Assembly (NCBI GenBank): GCA_965644495.1
Contig: CBFFSA010000005.1
Span: forward strand, 744,001-808,000
From: Perkinsela sp. CCAP 1560/9
Taxonomy: Eukaryota; Protista; Euglenozoa: Kinetoplastea
DNA: 64,000 bases
Direction: 5' to 3'
Shown piece after piece: positions 46,794-56,858 of the stretch (position 1 is its first letter; each line of letters starts with the position of its first letter). The notes beneath the pieces are model-generated. The model saw only the letters and a list, made by a program, of their open reading frames with translations. It had not been told where the DNA came from and ran no database searches. The position numbers and the translations under genes are program-made.

Positions 46794-47770
46794 AATTCTA
46801 CTGTATCTCCTTTCTTTCCTTATTTCTCCCCCCCCCCCCCCCCATGGCGGAACTCCCTCTCAAGGGGCTTCTGTTCTGCGCGTACTGTGGCTCGAAATAC
46901 GACCCACCCACCCCTTCACAACAGACTTTTACCGCGGAGGATAGTACCGCGGCGTTGCCTTTCTGAGCAGCAACATTAATAGCTTGTAGTGCATGACACA
47001 GGAAACCTTTCGTGTCATGCGTATACCTTGCGATCTCCCTTAGGAGTACAGTGCGCTTCCCTGCCACACCAAAAACGGTAAATACAAGGGGGTAAAAATG
47101 CATACCCTTTTAGTCGCCATGTCACTGTGCGCCTTTTCTTTTATGCTTTCCACCCTTTCTAGAGTGTTGCCAGGCGCTACCCATTCGGCCTTAACATAAG
47201 AAGGGGCGAGGGGGTTAACGACGGTTACGTCCACCAGACATACCTTCCCTCCCAGCATAAGTTAAGGTTTGCTTTTAGATGTCCTTAGATTTTCCCGATA
47301 AATGTTTATAACCCCGAAAGGCCTTTGGGTAAAGTCGATCGATGGCTTTAGTGATTTCTTCAGTAGACAGCGGTTGTCGTTCCTTTGCCTCTAGCGCTTT
47401 TGCTTTCCCGATCGCACCAAGTTTAAGCAGTGCCTCTGCTCGGCCTAATTTTGCCACACTCTTGGTTGCAGGTGAGGGGGTGAATTCTGGTTCTTGCTCG
47501 GCCATCTGCTTTCGTAGTTCATACGCCAGTTGCCGATGAGTCAGTTGACTTTCAGGCAGGAATAAGAACTGCTTCACTGCGCATAATAGGTTCCATGACA
47601 TCTTTGCTTTTGCGTCTGTGTGTTGTATTTCAAAGTCTCTGCATATTCCACCGCATAATTCCTTCCAGCACGGTAATTGAATGTGATACAATTTACGCAG
47701 ACTAGGTCGTGTAATCAGTTTTGTGTATGTTTCCCACAGGCTTTGTATTTCGTGGAGGCGGAAGATTTAT
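46794..47770 (-). mobile_element. CRE/SLACS-like non-LTR retrotransposon remnant (RLE endonuclease kept, RT deleted)
   Basis: LVDVTVVNPLAPSY...E..K; FYPLVFTVFG...INVAAQKGNA; upstream RAEALLKLGAIGKAKAL. Confidence 0.68.
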
Positions 47771-48473
47771 CGTATTACACAGTTTCTGTGAGATATGCGA
47801 TTCCGATTGAACTTCTTGGTTGAACACAAAGATGTACTTATTTCCCAATGAAAAGGTTCAAAAAACAGATGTTTATGTGTCTTCATAAGACGACGAGTCA
47901 GTGCGGGTCGGTGCGGGTAACTAGGTCGCCGACCCGGGTAATTACCCATTTACCCGGCATAATTATAAATTATTATAATGTGCAAGCAGGTTATTATTAC
48001 AATTGAAAAATGAAGTACCAAAATTTTTCTCGTAATCAACAGAAAACTCCGACGTAGATATTCGTTTTCCGTACTTCGAGCACCCCATAGGTTCTACTGT
48101 GTAATCCAATTTTTTTGACCAAAATCTCTTTTCGAAGAAGCGCTTGATAATTCCTGAGAATTCTTTCTATTGTTCAAGGTCTCTCAGAAAATCGAAACGG
48201 TCGGTGCTCTCTCGATGTTTTTCACCGAGAAACATTCTTTGTCTTCTTCAACCGAGAAGGCATATCATGCACTACATTTCTTTTGAATCAAATGCAATCC
48301 GCAACGTACAATGTATGACTCGGTAAGGTCATTCATTCCATGAAGCACCTTGAGAAACCCAATTATGATAATAATGTGAAATGTGATAATAATCCGAAAT
48401 TTGATATTAATCCGCCCCCCGTTTTACAATTACTGGGTGTAATTAGTTGACATTTTCTAAGTTGAATCTCTCC

Positions 48474-49505
48474 CTAGCTATTCGAAAGAGTGTTCAAGGA
48501 CTTGATGCGCACGCCCGTGCGCTGAAAATTAAATTCATCCATTGTCAACGGAAGGGATTGATCGACTTCACCGTAAAGGCCAAGGTTGCCATCACCGGTT
48601 AACGTTGTCAACGAAGTGGGGAGCTTGTCAAATAATACAAGACCGCTAAAACAATTGTTTCGACAAAGAAGTTTTTCAAGAGAGGCAGGCAAATGCTGCA
48701 AATCAAGTGGTCCTGCGAAATTGTTGTCCGATATACTAAGCAATCTGAGTTTGAGCGGTAACTTCAGCAAATCTACGTCCCCGGATAGTTGATTGTTTCT
48801 GATGTTTAGAACTTCCAAACTCGGTGGTAAATGGGCTAAATCCACACTTCCCTCAAACTTATTCGCGTGCAACTCAATTACGCGCGAAACTCGGGGCAAA
48901 TGCCCTAATTCAAGTCCACCGGAAAGCCTATTCCAGGCAAGATACAAATCCGTAAGTAATGGAGGCAATAAATCAAGTTGTATGGTTCCTGAGATCATCC
49001 ACATACTAAACACTTGGAGAGTTTCCGGAAGCCACTGCCAATGTATTGATCCGTTGTATCTGCTAATCCCCGAATCGATTTTAATTATGCGCTTTCCATC
49101 ATCACAAGTTACACTTTGCCATTCACACGCAGGAGTCAATGTGCTCCAGGAGGTGTGAGGATTTTCGATACCTGCCATAAGCTTTGCAAGTTGATATTCC
49201 TGTGGAAGGTTTGCCCCTCGTACCTTACCAGATTTGTATTGAACATCTGCGCTTCGAACCATGGCAACGTCTACGCGTCCAACTGCGGTTTGAGGATGAA
49301 GTGCACGCGAAAGTACCAAAGTTATGAAGATCATGTCAATTTGTGCGATAAAATAGTTATTCTTTGTAATTTTTGGACTGCCGGAGAAACGATTATTAAG
49401 ATTTAAGTAAGAAATGGCGACAATGTTCCGCACTACGAGAACGAAAGCTACGTATCTTTTGCGAAAAATGAGCAAAAACGGATAAAACCAGATAAAAAAG
49501 TACAC
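48474..49505 (-). CDS. LRR family protein (start probably ~49334)
   Basis: GKVRGANLPQEY, TPACEWQSVTC, LRRs. Confidence 0.88.
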   Translation of the reverse strand: MYFFIWFYPFLLIFRKRYVAFVLVVRNIVAISYLNLNNRFSGSPKITKNNYFIAQIDMIFITLVLSRALHPQTAVGRVDVAMVRSADVQYKSGKVRGANLPQEYQLAKLMAGIENPHTSWSTLTPACEWQSVTCDDGKRIIKIDSGISRYNGSIHWQWLPETLQVFSMWMISGTIQLDLLPPLLTDLYLAWNRLSGGLELGHLPRVSRVIELHANKFEGSVDLAHLPPSLEVLNIRNNQLSGDVDLLKLPLKLRLLSISDNNFAGPLDLQHLPASLEKLLCRNNCFSGLVLFDKLPTSLTTLTGDGNLGLYGEVDQSLPLTMDEFNFQRTGVRIKSLNTLSNS

Positions 49506-49582
49506 TTTGCTGAAGGGGGGCTACTTACATGACCAACATTGCATCATACGCCCCGCCGTCTTTTCAATCCCTTTCTTTATCA

Positions 49583-50986
49583 TTACCCCCTCTCCACCCC
49601 CACCCCCGGGTCCATCCTAAACCCCCTTGCCACCTCCCGCAATGTCTCCCTGGTGTCCAGATTCACCAACACCCTCCCCATATGGACCTCCGACCGTGTG
49701 GAGCGAAAATCCCCCTCCGCGGTGTACTTCGGGTACATCTCCGTGAACCCAAACGTGCGGTACAACCGGCTACTCGGGACGCTGGGGGCACAGCTCACCC
49801 TCCCCGTGTCCCTCTCCCAGCGCTGTCGTAGTGCCATATTCAGGTAGCCCCGATAGGACCCCTGGGCCGCACGCCAGGCCAACACGTACAGCAGCAGCAC
49901 ACTGGCGTAGCCCTTTCCCCGGACACTCGGGTGGGTCACGACGAGATTGACATGGAATAAAGAATTTTTACTTTTATTACTCGCATTTGTATTTGTATTT
50001 TTACTTTTATTACTTTTGTTTTTATTCTTATTGTTATTGTTTTCCCCCTCGAGTGCCTCACAGATTTGTCGCATCGAGGAGGTGAGGGCTTCCGGGGCGA
50101 GGCGGCGACGGGTGCGCAGGGCGTTCAGGGTGGCGCTGAGGTTTCGGCTGTCGTCGTCGCCGTGGGTGAGGACCCAGCCGAGCACGCGGGAGGTGGGGGG
50201 GTGGAGGAGTGCAGCAGCGTGGAGGGTGGGAGGGGGAGAGCGGGTGATGGGGGGGAGAGCATCGGAAACGGTCGATTCCGAGGAAGAGGGGGGGAGAGAA
50301 AACAAGTCGTCGTAGAGGTCGTGGGTAGGGGGAGGTGAAGGACGGAATGGGTTTTTGGGGTTGGGGTTGTGGAAAGAATTTTTGGGGGTTATGGCGTCAG
50401 GAGAGGGGGATGCTGTGTTCTTGGAGGTGTATTTTGTGGTATTCTTTTGTGGTTCACTGTAGAGAAGACGTAGGCAGTGGAGTGGGTATTCCGCGTCAAA
50501 GGTGTGGTCGTGGATCGCATCGGAACATGCTTCCACACACTCGGACAAAGTACGTTGGCTAAGCTGGTATCCGCGTAACTCGACAAGGGAAACATGAAGT
50601 CGAGTGGAAACGTATTGAATAATTTGATTTATCACACCCTCATAGGGGGTTCCCCGAACGTAATCTAAGGGGTCGCCAAAAGTAGAGTGGGCCGGTAGTG
50701 GGCGCTCTAACCCTAAAGCTCGAGAGTAGAGATCAATACCCGTATTTTTGTCCTCTTGTATGGTTGAATTGCTTTTTATATTTTTTCTTAAAATTTTGAC
50801 CGAGGCGCCCGATAGTTTCGAGTCAGATGTCCGAAGAACGTCTTTCTTGGCAAAGGATGAATCCATTGTTCTTTTCTCTTTACTTCGGGACCGAATCTTA
50901 ATTTTCAAAGTGTTTTCTTCCGTTGGAGTTGCCGATGACCGTTTTCCCAAATTTCTGATTGTCAGGTTCATCCTCCCGCTCGACAT
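49583..50986 (-). CDS. GNAT-domain acetyltransferase-like protein
   Basis: LVVTHPSVRGKGYASVLL (motif A), SRLYRTFGF. Confidence 0.7.
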   Translation of the reverse strand: MSSGRMNLTIRNLGKRSSATPTEENTLKIKIRSRSKEKRTMDSSFAKKDVLRTSDSKLSGASVKILRKNIKSNSTIQEDKNTGIDLYSRALGLERPLPAHSTFGDPLDYVRGTPYEGVINQIIQYVSTRLHVSLVELRGYQLSQRTLSECVEACSDAIHDHTFDAEYPLHCLRLLYSEPQKNTTKYTSKNTASPSPDAITPKNSFHNPNPKNPFRPSPPPTHDLYDDLFSLPPSSSESTVSDALPPITRSPPPTLHAAALLHPPTSRVLGWVLTHGDDDSRNLSATLNALRTRRRLAPEALTSSMRQICEALEGENNNNKNKNKSNKSKNTNTNASNKSKNSLFHVNLVVTHPSVRGKGYASVLLLYVLAWRAAQGSYRGYLNMALRQRWERDTGRVSCAPSVPSSRLYRTFGFTEMYPKYTAEGDFRSTRSEVHMGRVLVNLDTRETLREVARGFRMDPGVGVERG

Positions 50987-51337
50987 TGTAGTAGTTGCTA
51001 CCCAAGCTTCGGAGCCTACCCGCTTATCTCATTCCGTCAAGAATATTGATGGAGTGCATGCACAAGAAAATGATCGTGGGAAAGCGCACTACGCTTAGAT
51101 CATCCAAAAGAATCGTAAGAATACGCTGAAAATGACGATTGGCCAGAAAAACGTTACATAAAAATATTGTTTCACTGACTTAATTTAAACAACCAAATTA
51201 GACCCCCTTCTACTTGCGTAGAACATTTAGTCAACTTAACTTGATCATAGAAAATTTGAGTGAAGGTGCAAAACATTAAACAAAAGTAGCAAGAAGCAGC
51301 TTTTCCAGAGCAACAAAACCCTCTTGAAGACCTATTC

Positions 51338-52693
51338 TCAGAGCGACACAAGGAACGCTTTCAACTCCTCTCGACGTTCGGGAGCTATTTCACGCGGAAA
51401 TTTCACGTTCAGTGTGACGTGGAGTGTACCCCGTTCCGAAGGCTGACCATGCTTTGGCATTCCTTCCCCAGGTACAGCCAAAACTGTGCCTGCAGGAGTA
51501 ATAAGATCCCGCGACAAGGGAACCAAGTGTCCGTCCATATGAGTGAGAGTAACGTTAAACCCAACTAGGGAATCCAGCAGCGAGATCGTGTGTGAGGTGT
51601 ATAAGTCATCCCCCTCTCTGCGGAACCTCTCATGGGGGGCGGTTTGTACGACAAAGATCACATCACCCGGAATTTGGTCCGGCACCTGGTCTCCCTCCAT
51701 CTCAAACACCAGGCGGTGTCCCTCCGGAAGCCCGGGCTCGATCTCGAGTTCCAGTTTCTGGGAAACTTTCGTCACACGTGCTCCCTCACATGCGGGGCAC
51801 TTCTCCTTTATCCTACGACCCTTCCCTCCACACGCGGTGCAAGCCTGCTGCACTTGCTGGGTGAACATCCCCCCCAGGGAGACACGTTGCAGCACAACCC
51901 CCTCCCCCTTACACTTCTCACACAGCTGCAGCGCTGCATGCGAGGCCGCCCCCGACCCCTTACACCTCCTACACAGCTTCTGTTTCCCAATCGCAATCTC
52001 ATGGGTGGCTCCTGAATAGAGCTCCCCTAAAGGGATACGAAGTGCAATTTGGGCGCTCTGTCCTTTACTGCGGTCCCCTCCCCCGAACCTACTCAAGAAG
52101 TCAAACAGGGAGCCCCCGGGGCCGGTGCCCGTGGCGGCGTCGCGCTGCTCGAGTTGTCGCACCCCCGCCTCCCCGCGCATGTCGTACATGGTGCGCTTGC
52201 GTCGGTCGCTCAGGACCTCATACGCGCGCTGTATGGTGCGGTACCTCTCCTTGGCTGCGGGGCTGGGGTTGTGATCGGGGTGGAACTGCTTGGAGAGCGC
52301 CCGGAATTGTGTTTTGATTTCCCGGTCCGTCGCGTCCTCCGCGTTGGGGAGTTCCAGCACGTGGTAGTAGTCGGGTTCCTCCTCGAGGGAGGTCTCGGAG
52401 GGGGAATCATAGGGGTCTTCGTGGGTCTCGCTTGTGGCGTCAAAATCGTTTGGAGGATCAGGGGGTGTGGAATTCTCGTGTGTGGCTTCCTTTGGATTGT
52501 CCGTGGAGCAAAAAAAGGAGGGGAGAGGTGGAGTTATGGACTTCAAATGGGTTGTGCTCGCTGTATACTCGGATAAGCCTGAAAAGAGGACCAATAAAAC
52601 GGTTGTAAAAAGATAGAGGGGTGATGGACAATGCCGAAAATAAGGTGAGCGCTCGCGTTTCGTATGCAATTTCATGGGTGTAGCATGGGACAT
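51338..52693 (-). CDS. Type I DnaJ/Hsp40 with N-terminal hydrophobic segment (ER Scj1/ERdj3-like)
   Basis: J domain with HPD, CxxCxGxG repeats, DnaJ C-terminal domain. Confidence 0.92.
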   Translation of the reverse strand: MSHATPMKLHTKRERSPYFRHCPSPLYLFTTVLLVLFSGLSEYTASTTHLKSITPPLPSFFCSTDNPKEATHENSTPPDPPNDFDATSETHEDPYDSPSETSLEEEPDYYHVLELPNAEDATDREIKTQFRALSKQFHPDHNPSPAAKERYRTIQRAYEVLSDRRKRTMYDMRGEAGVRQLEQRDAATGTGPGGSLFDFLSRFGGGDRSKGQSAQIALRIPLGELYSGATHEIAIGKQKLCRRCKGSGAASHAALQLCEKCKGEGVVLQRVSLGGMFTQQVQQACTACGGKGRRIKEKCPACEGARVTKVSQKLELEIEPGLPEGHRLVFEMEGDQVPDQIPGDVIFVVQTAPHERFRREGDDLYTSHTISLLDSLVGFNVTLTHMDGHLVPLSRDLITPAGTVLAVPGEGMPKHGQPSERGTLHVTLNVKFPREIAPERREELKAFLVSL

Positions 52694-54352
52694 TGGAATA
52701 AATAGAAGAAACGAAAGAACTCACTGTGCACTGTGCGGAAAAACAGTAGCTTTATACGAATGAGGCTTACTCCCCCTCTCATTAATTTTTATAAATATAA
52801 ATTAACGTCCGATCCATAATTAAGGAATTAGGCTCTTCGTTAAACGCGGTGGTTGTTTTCAACTTAGAAGTGGTAGAGTATACCGCGGCGATAATTTTCC
52901 ACCCCTCCCCCTGGTACGCGCAGGTGGGGTTCGACAAGGCCAAATTTTCCGAAATTTTTGGGGTGACCAAAACATTTTTTTTTTGACCCAAAAAAAAGTA
53001 AAAATATTATTTTTCCAAAATCGACTCCTAAAACGTGTTTGGAGAGTTTGGGACCCCAGCTACCATTCTACGACGTTTTTTCCGTCAGATTCGCCTCCTG
53101 CCCCTACTGGTGAAGCATCAAAAACGGCCCAAATTCGGGTTAAAATTTCGCATTTTTTGCCGAAAAATCGAGGTTTTTCCCCGAAAAAAATAGATTATGC
53201 GTGATCTTTTCGCGATTTTTCTTTTTTAGGCTCTTCTTTAAACGCGGAGGTAGTTTTCAACGCGAAGCGCGCAGCATGAGTGACTTCCCTGCGCTCGATT
53301 TTGAAAAGCAAAAAATTCGAAAAAAAATTCTTGACTCAGAATTTCAAGATGGATCACTTTTTTCCGTAGAGCAAGTACTTCATCCCGCAATTCTCCGACC
53401 TCTCTTTGCACCTTCTTGAACTCTACAAGAATCTCACCCGTGCGGCTACAAGTTTCTTGCACCTTCTCCTTAAGATTTTTACTGCGATCGCGGTGCACTC
53501 TGCCGTATTCAATAGTCCCACCTCGTAGACCACGCCACATCGTCGGGCATTTCCGCTTCCTTCACGCCATGTATTTCCGACTTTTCAGCGTCTTAAAAAA
53601 AAAGAAGTCCTGCTTCTCGCGCCTTCGTCAAAAGGAGGAGTCCCTGCAACAAAATGTCAATGTCGATTGGGACATTGCATAATGACTTGAGAACATTGCT
53701 CTCCGGATCAGAGAGTTGGCGAATGCGCGTAGTTATCCACTGTGCGCACATCTCAATGATGTTATCCTCCATTCGCTGGGTAACATCAGGGGGAGGAAGA
53801 CGGTCCGGGGCGTATTTGATGGCATTCTTCTCGACACTACTCATGCGTAGCCATTCGAGAGAAGTTTCTGACCTCTTCAAGGGTATTCGAAAGGTATGTC
53901 GTATCGCATACGACACCCATTTCCGCAGGGGTGCATACTTTTCAGAGTCAGGGGAGTCGATTCCTTCCTCAATGTACTCATCGTCCCCCGGAGGAAAGTC
54001 ATACTCCAACATGATCACTTAGTTTGAAAGAAATGAATACGAACTATCAGTCATATAACGCCATTTCATATATTCCGCTAAGTTCGGATACTTTCCGAAA
54101 AGAAAAACAAATCAACTTCGCAAAAACCATGACGTAAAAAAGAGTTTTTCAAAATCGTTTCACATATTGTGTCTTGAGAGTTTGGGACCTTTACTAGCTT
54201 TCTACGCCGTTGTTTTCACAAAATACCCCTTCTTGAAGCCGTGGCACGCCTCCCAAAGTGATCCCCCCAAAATAGGTGTCCAGGCAAAACCTGGCAAAAC
54301 CTGACAGGTTTCAACCCTCTAAGTGTGCACTAATTAAAAGCTGAACTGTATC

Positions 54353-56769
54353 CATAGCTGTCATTCGACGTCGAAAATTGCAATTCGACGTCTTCGAATG
54401 CCTTTCGACGTCGAAAAAATGGGTCTTTCGACGTCGAACGAAGGAAAAAAAATGGGGGATTCTTGTGTTCATGTGCAGCACTTGAAAAAATGTTTCGATC
54501 GACGGATTCTTTTCACTACAGTAATTTGCTATGGTATTCGGACGAATAGATGACTACTAGAGAATAAGAAAGTAGCAACGTATGGTTGTCGTCAGGTTGT
54601 TCGTCAGACCGCTCGGAAGTTCTAACCGTGTTAAATGCGTCACCTTTTATTTGAAACATGTTCAGAAACGTAATTAATGAAGTTTAATAAAATAAAGATA
54701 CGGAAAATTATGACTGTACTAGTCATTATCATAGTATAAGCTTATGGCGTTTACTGTTGCCGTATAGCTAAGCACAAAATATCTCGCGTTGCAATAATAC
54801 AAGAAAATTTTAAGTGTGGGGAAAAAGTTTAGCCTTAATGGTCCTGAAGTATGAGACAAAACATGGAAAAAACCCCAGAAAATATCAGTTTCCGAACAAT
54901 ACATGAAACATCCATACATAAATATTCCGCCAAAATTATATCAGCTTCATCGGGCGCATACTGTTTCAAAATTTGTACGCTGCTGCGAAGCTGACACACC
55001 AGCTCTGTCTGATATTCATCGTCCAGTTTATTGCTAGACAGCCCCCCATACCATTGAGTGAAAAATTGTTCCGCTTTGTTAGTTTCTTCGTCGAAAGATC
55101 CAAGAAGAACGTCTAGGGCCACACCACGATACCCCCCCTTCTTCGTACAGATCTTGTCATGTCCATAAAATGTTTGTCTGAAGAGCTTTTTAAGTTCAAA
55201 AAGGGGTGTTTCCTGAAAGGTTTTCATCGCATCCATCGCGAGGTTATTGAGAAAATGACCAAAGCAAGATAGTAAGGAGACGTGTGGCATCATGTCCACG
55301 GCCCGGTTTCCGAAGTTTATCCAGTCTGACTCCCCAATTCTTTGAACGCGATCATATATTCTTTTTAATTCTCCTTCTGCCTCATCACGGGCCACGTGGT
55401 TAACGGCACAGCCATCCACCATTAAAAACCTCATTTTTCGTACCAGCGTAATGCCGAGAATAGAATTCAATGTATTAACCAAACTCTCAGCTGTTTCTTT
55501 GCCGTTGAATGCCTTCCGCTTCGGATGATACATGGGTGGTAATAGATATTGCTCATCTGAAACATACACTACCCCTACTAATACGTGCTCGTTGAGCACG
55601 GAATCAACCCCAGCATCCACAGCTACCCCGAAGAAAGGATGAATATCGATTTTTGAAATCATTTTTTCCCATATTTCGTTGGCCAAGTCCTTCTCCCAAT
55701 CACGCATGACCCTGTGATTGTTGCCGAGTGCATTGAGAATTTCTTCAGTATTTGCTCGCTTGGGGCGTAATTCTTCATAGTTACGAAATAAAGCGTGTGC
55801 AGCTTTGCATGACAAGTTCGTCTTTGCCACAAGACAGGGAACGCAGCGACGAACAAAAACATTTACACTCATTGAATTGTCGTTCGGGGTCAGTGAAAAA
55901 AGTTCCAGTTCGTTTGCGATTCTCTGTCCCTCGCGCACTAAACAAGTGTGATTGATATGGTGATAGTAATGGTTGTTATGGAGCGAATGACTCCACCACG
56001 GACAGTCGCGACATTTTATGTGAGTCCGCTGGCCCATGGTATTCACGAGATGGGGCCGAGGATATTTCTCGGCGTATTCGCGACACTCTTTGTTTTTCTT
56101 CTCCAAATCTTTTGTTCTACCAGGCGGGGTATCCATTCCCAAGCAGCGTTCACGAAAGAATTTTGTCGAAATACGGGGAAACCGCATTGGGTCCTGTACA
56201 AGCTGTTTTCGAACTACTTGCCTTACAGAGCTTGCCTGTTGTGATGGAGAGGACGACATTTCCTCTTCAAGCCTCGCGGTACACTCTCGTCGTACTGAGA
56301 CAGGAACATAACTCCCTGACGGAACGTTATCGGAAATTTCAAATCTGCTCTGGGTGGGACCATCTGCTGCTTCCGTGGAAGCATCTCTCTGCATGGCAGT
56401 TCTATTCTTCTTCGCCGAATTGGTTCTCTTGGCACGAACCGAAGTAACTGAAGGAGTAGTAGATGAAACAGATTCGGAAGAATTTGCTTCAGCTAAAGTT
56501 GGCACGATTGCATCTGATGAAAGAGCTGGGGGAGAAGGTATGCGGATAGGAATCATGCGCCCCCTTCCTCGAACAGAGGTGTGCATTGTGAAAAAACAAG
56601 TAAATTAACACAAAAAAGTAGAAGACTGGTTGCAAATACATTTTTTAAACATTTTATAAACATATATTCTGTTGAAAAAAAATTCTTTCAGAAACCACAC
56701 AAGCACTCAAAATGTTTCGACCTTTCGACCGTCGAACGACGTCGAATTCGACGTCGAATGACAGCTATG
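54353..56769 (-). mobile_element. hAT-like transposon with 6-bp TSD (TGTATC)
   Basis: 23-bp TIR CATAGCTGTCATTCGACGTCGAA; TGTATC on both sides. Confidence 0.85.
54835..56586 (-). CDS. hAT-like transposase, C-terminally truncated
   Basis: CRDC...H..H zinc finger, FFGVAVDAGVD, FLMVDGCAVN, CFGHFLNNL (CxxH). Confidence 0.75.
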   Translation of the reverse strand: MHTSVRGRGRMIPIRIPSPPALSSDAIVPTLAEANSSESVSSTTPSVTSVRAKRTNSAKKNRTAMQRDASTEAADGPTQSRFEISDNVPSGSYVPVSVRRECTARLEEEMSSSPSQQASSVRQVVRKQLVQDPMRFPRISTKFFRERCLGMDTPPGRTKDLEKKNKECREYAEKYPRPHLVNTMGQRTHIKCRDCPWWSHSLHNNHYYHHINHTCLVREGQRIANELELFSLTPNDNSMSVNVFVRRCVPCLVAKTNLSCKAAHALFRNYEELRPKRANTEEILNALGNNHRVMRDWEKDLANEIWEKMISKIDIHPFFGVAVDAGVDSVLNEHVLVGVVYVSDEQYLLPPMYHPKRKAFNGKETAESLVNTLNSILGITLVRKMRFLMVDGCAVNHVARDEAEGELKRIYDRVQRIGESDWINFGNRAVDMMPHVSLLSCFGHFLNNLAMDAMKTFQETPLFELKKLFRQTFYGHDKICTKKGGYRGVALDVLLGSFDEETNKAEQFFTQWYGGLSSNKLDDEYQTELVCQLRSSVQILKQYAPDEADIILAEYLCMDVSCIVRKLIFSGVFSMFCLILQDH

Positions 56770-56858
56770 TGTATCTCTTGGAAAACTAGAAAAAGGCAGA
56801 AAACTAGAAAAAGGCAGCAAAACTAGGTCGCACACGAATGAATCTCAAAAGAATATCG

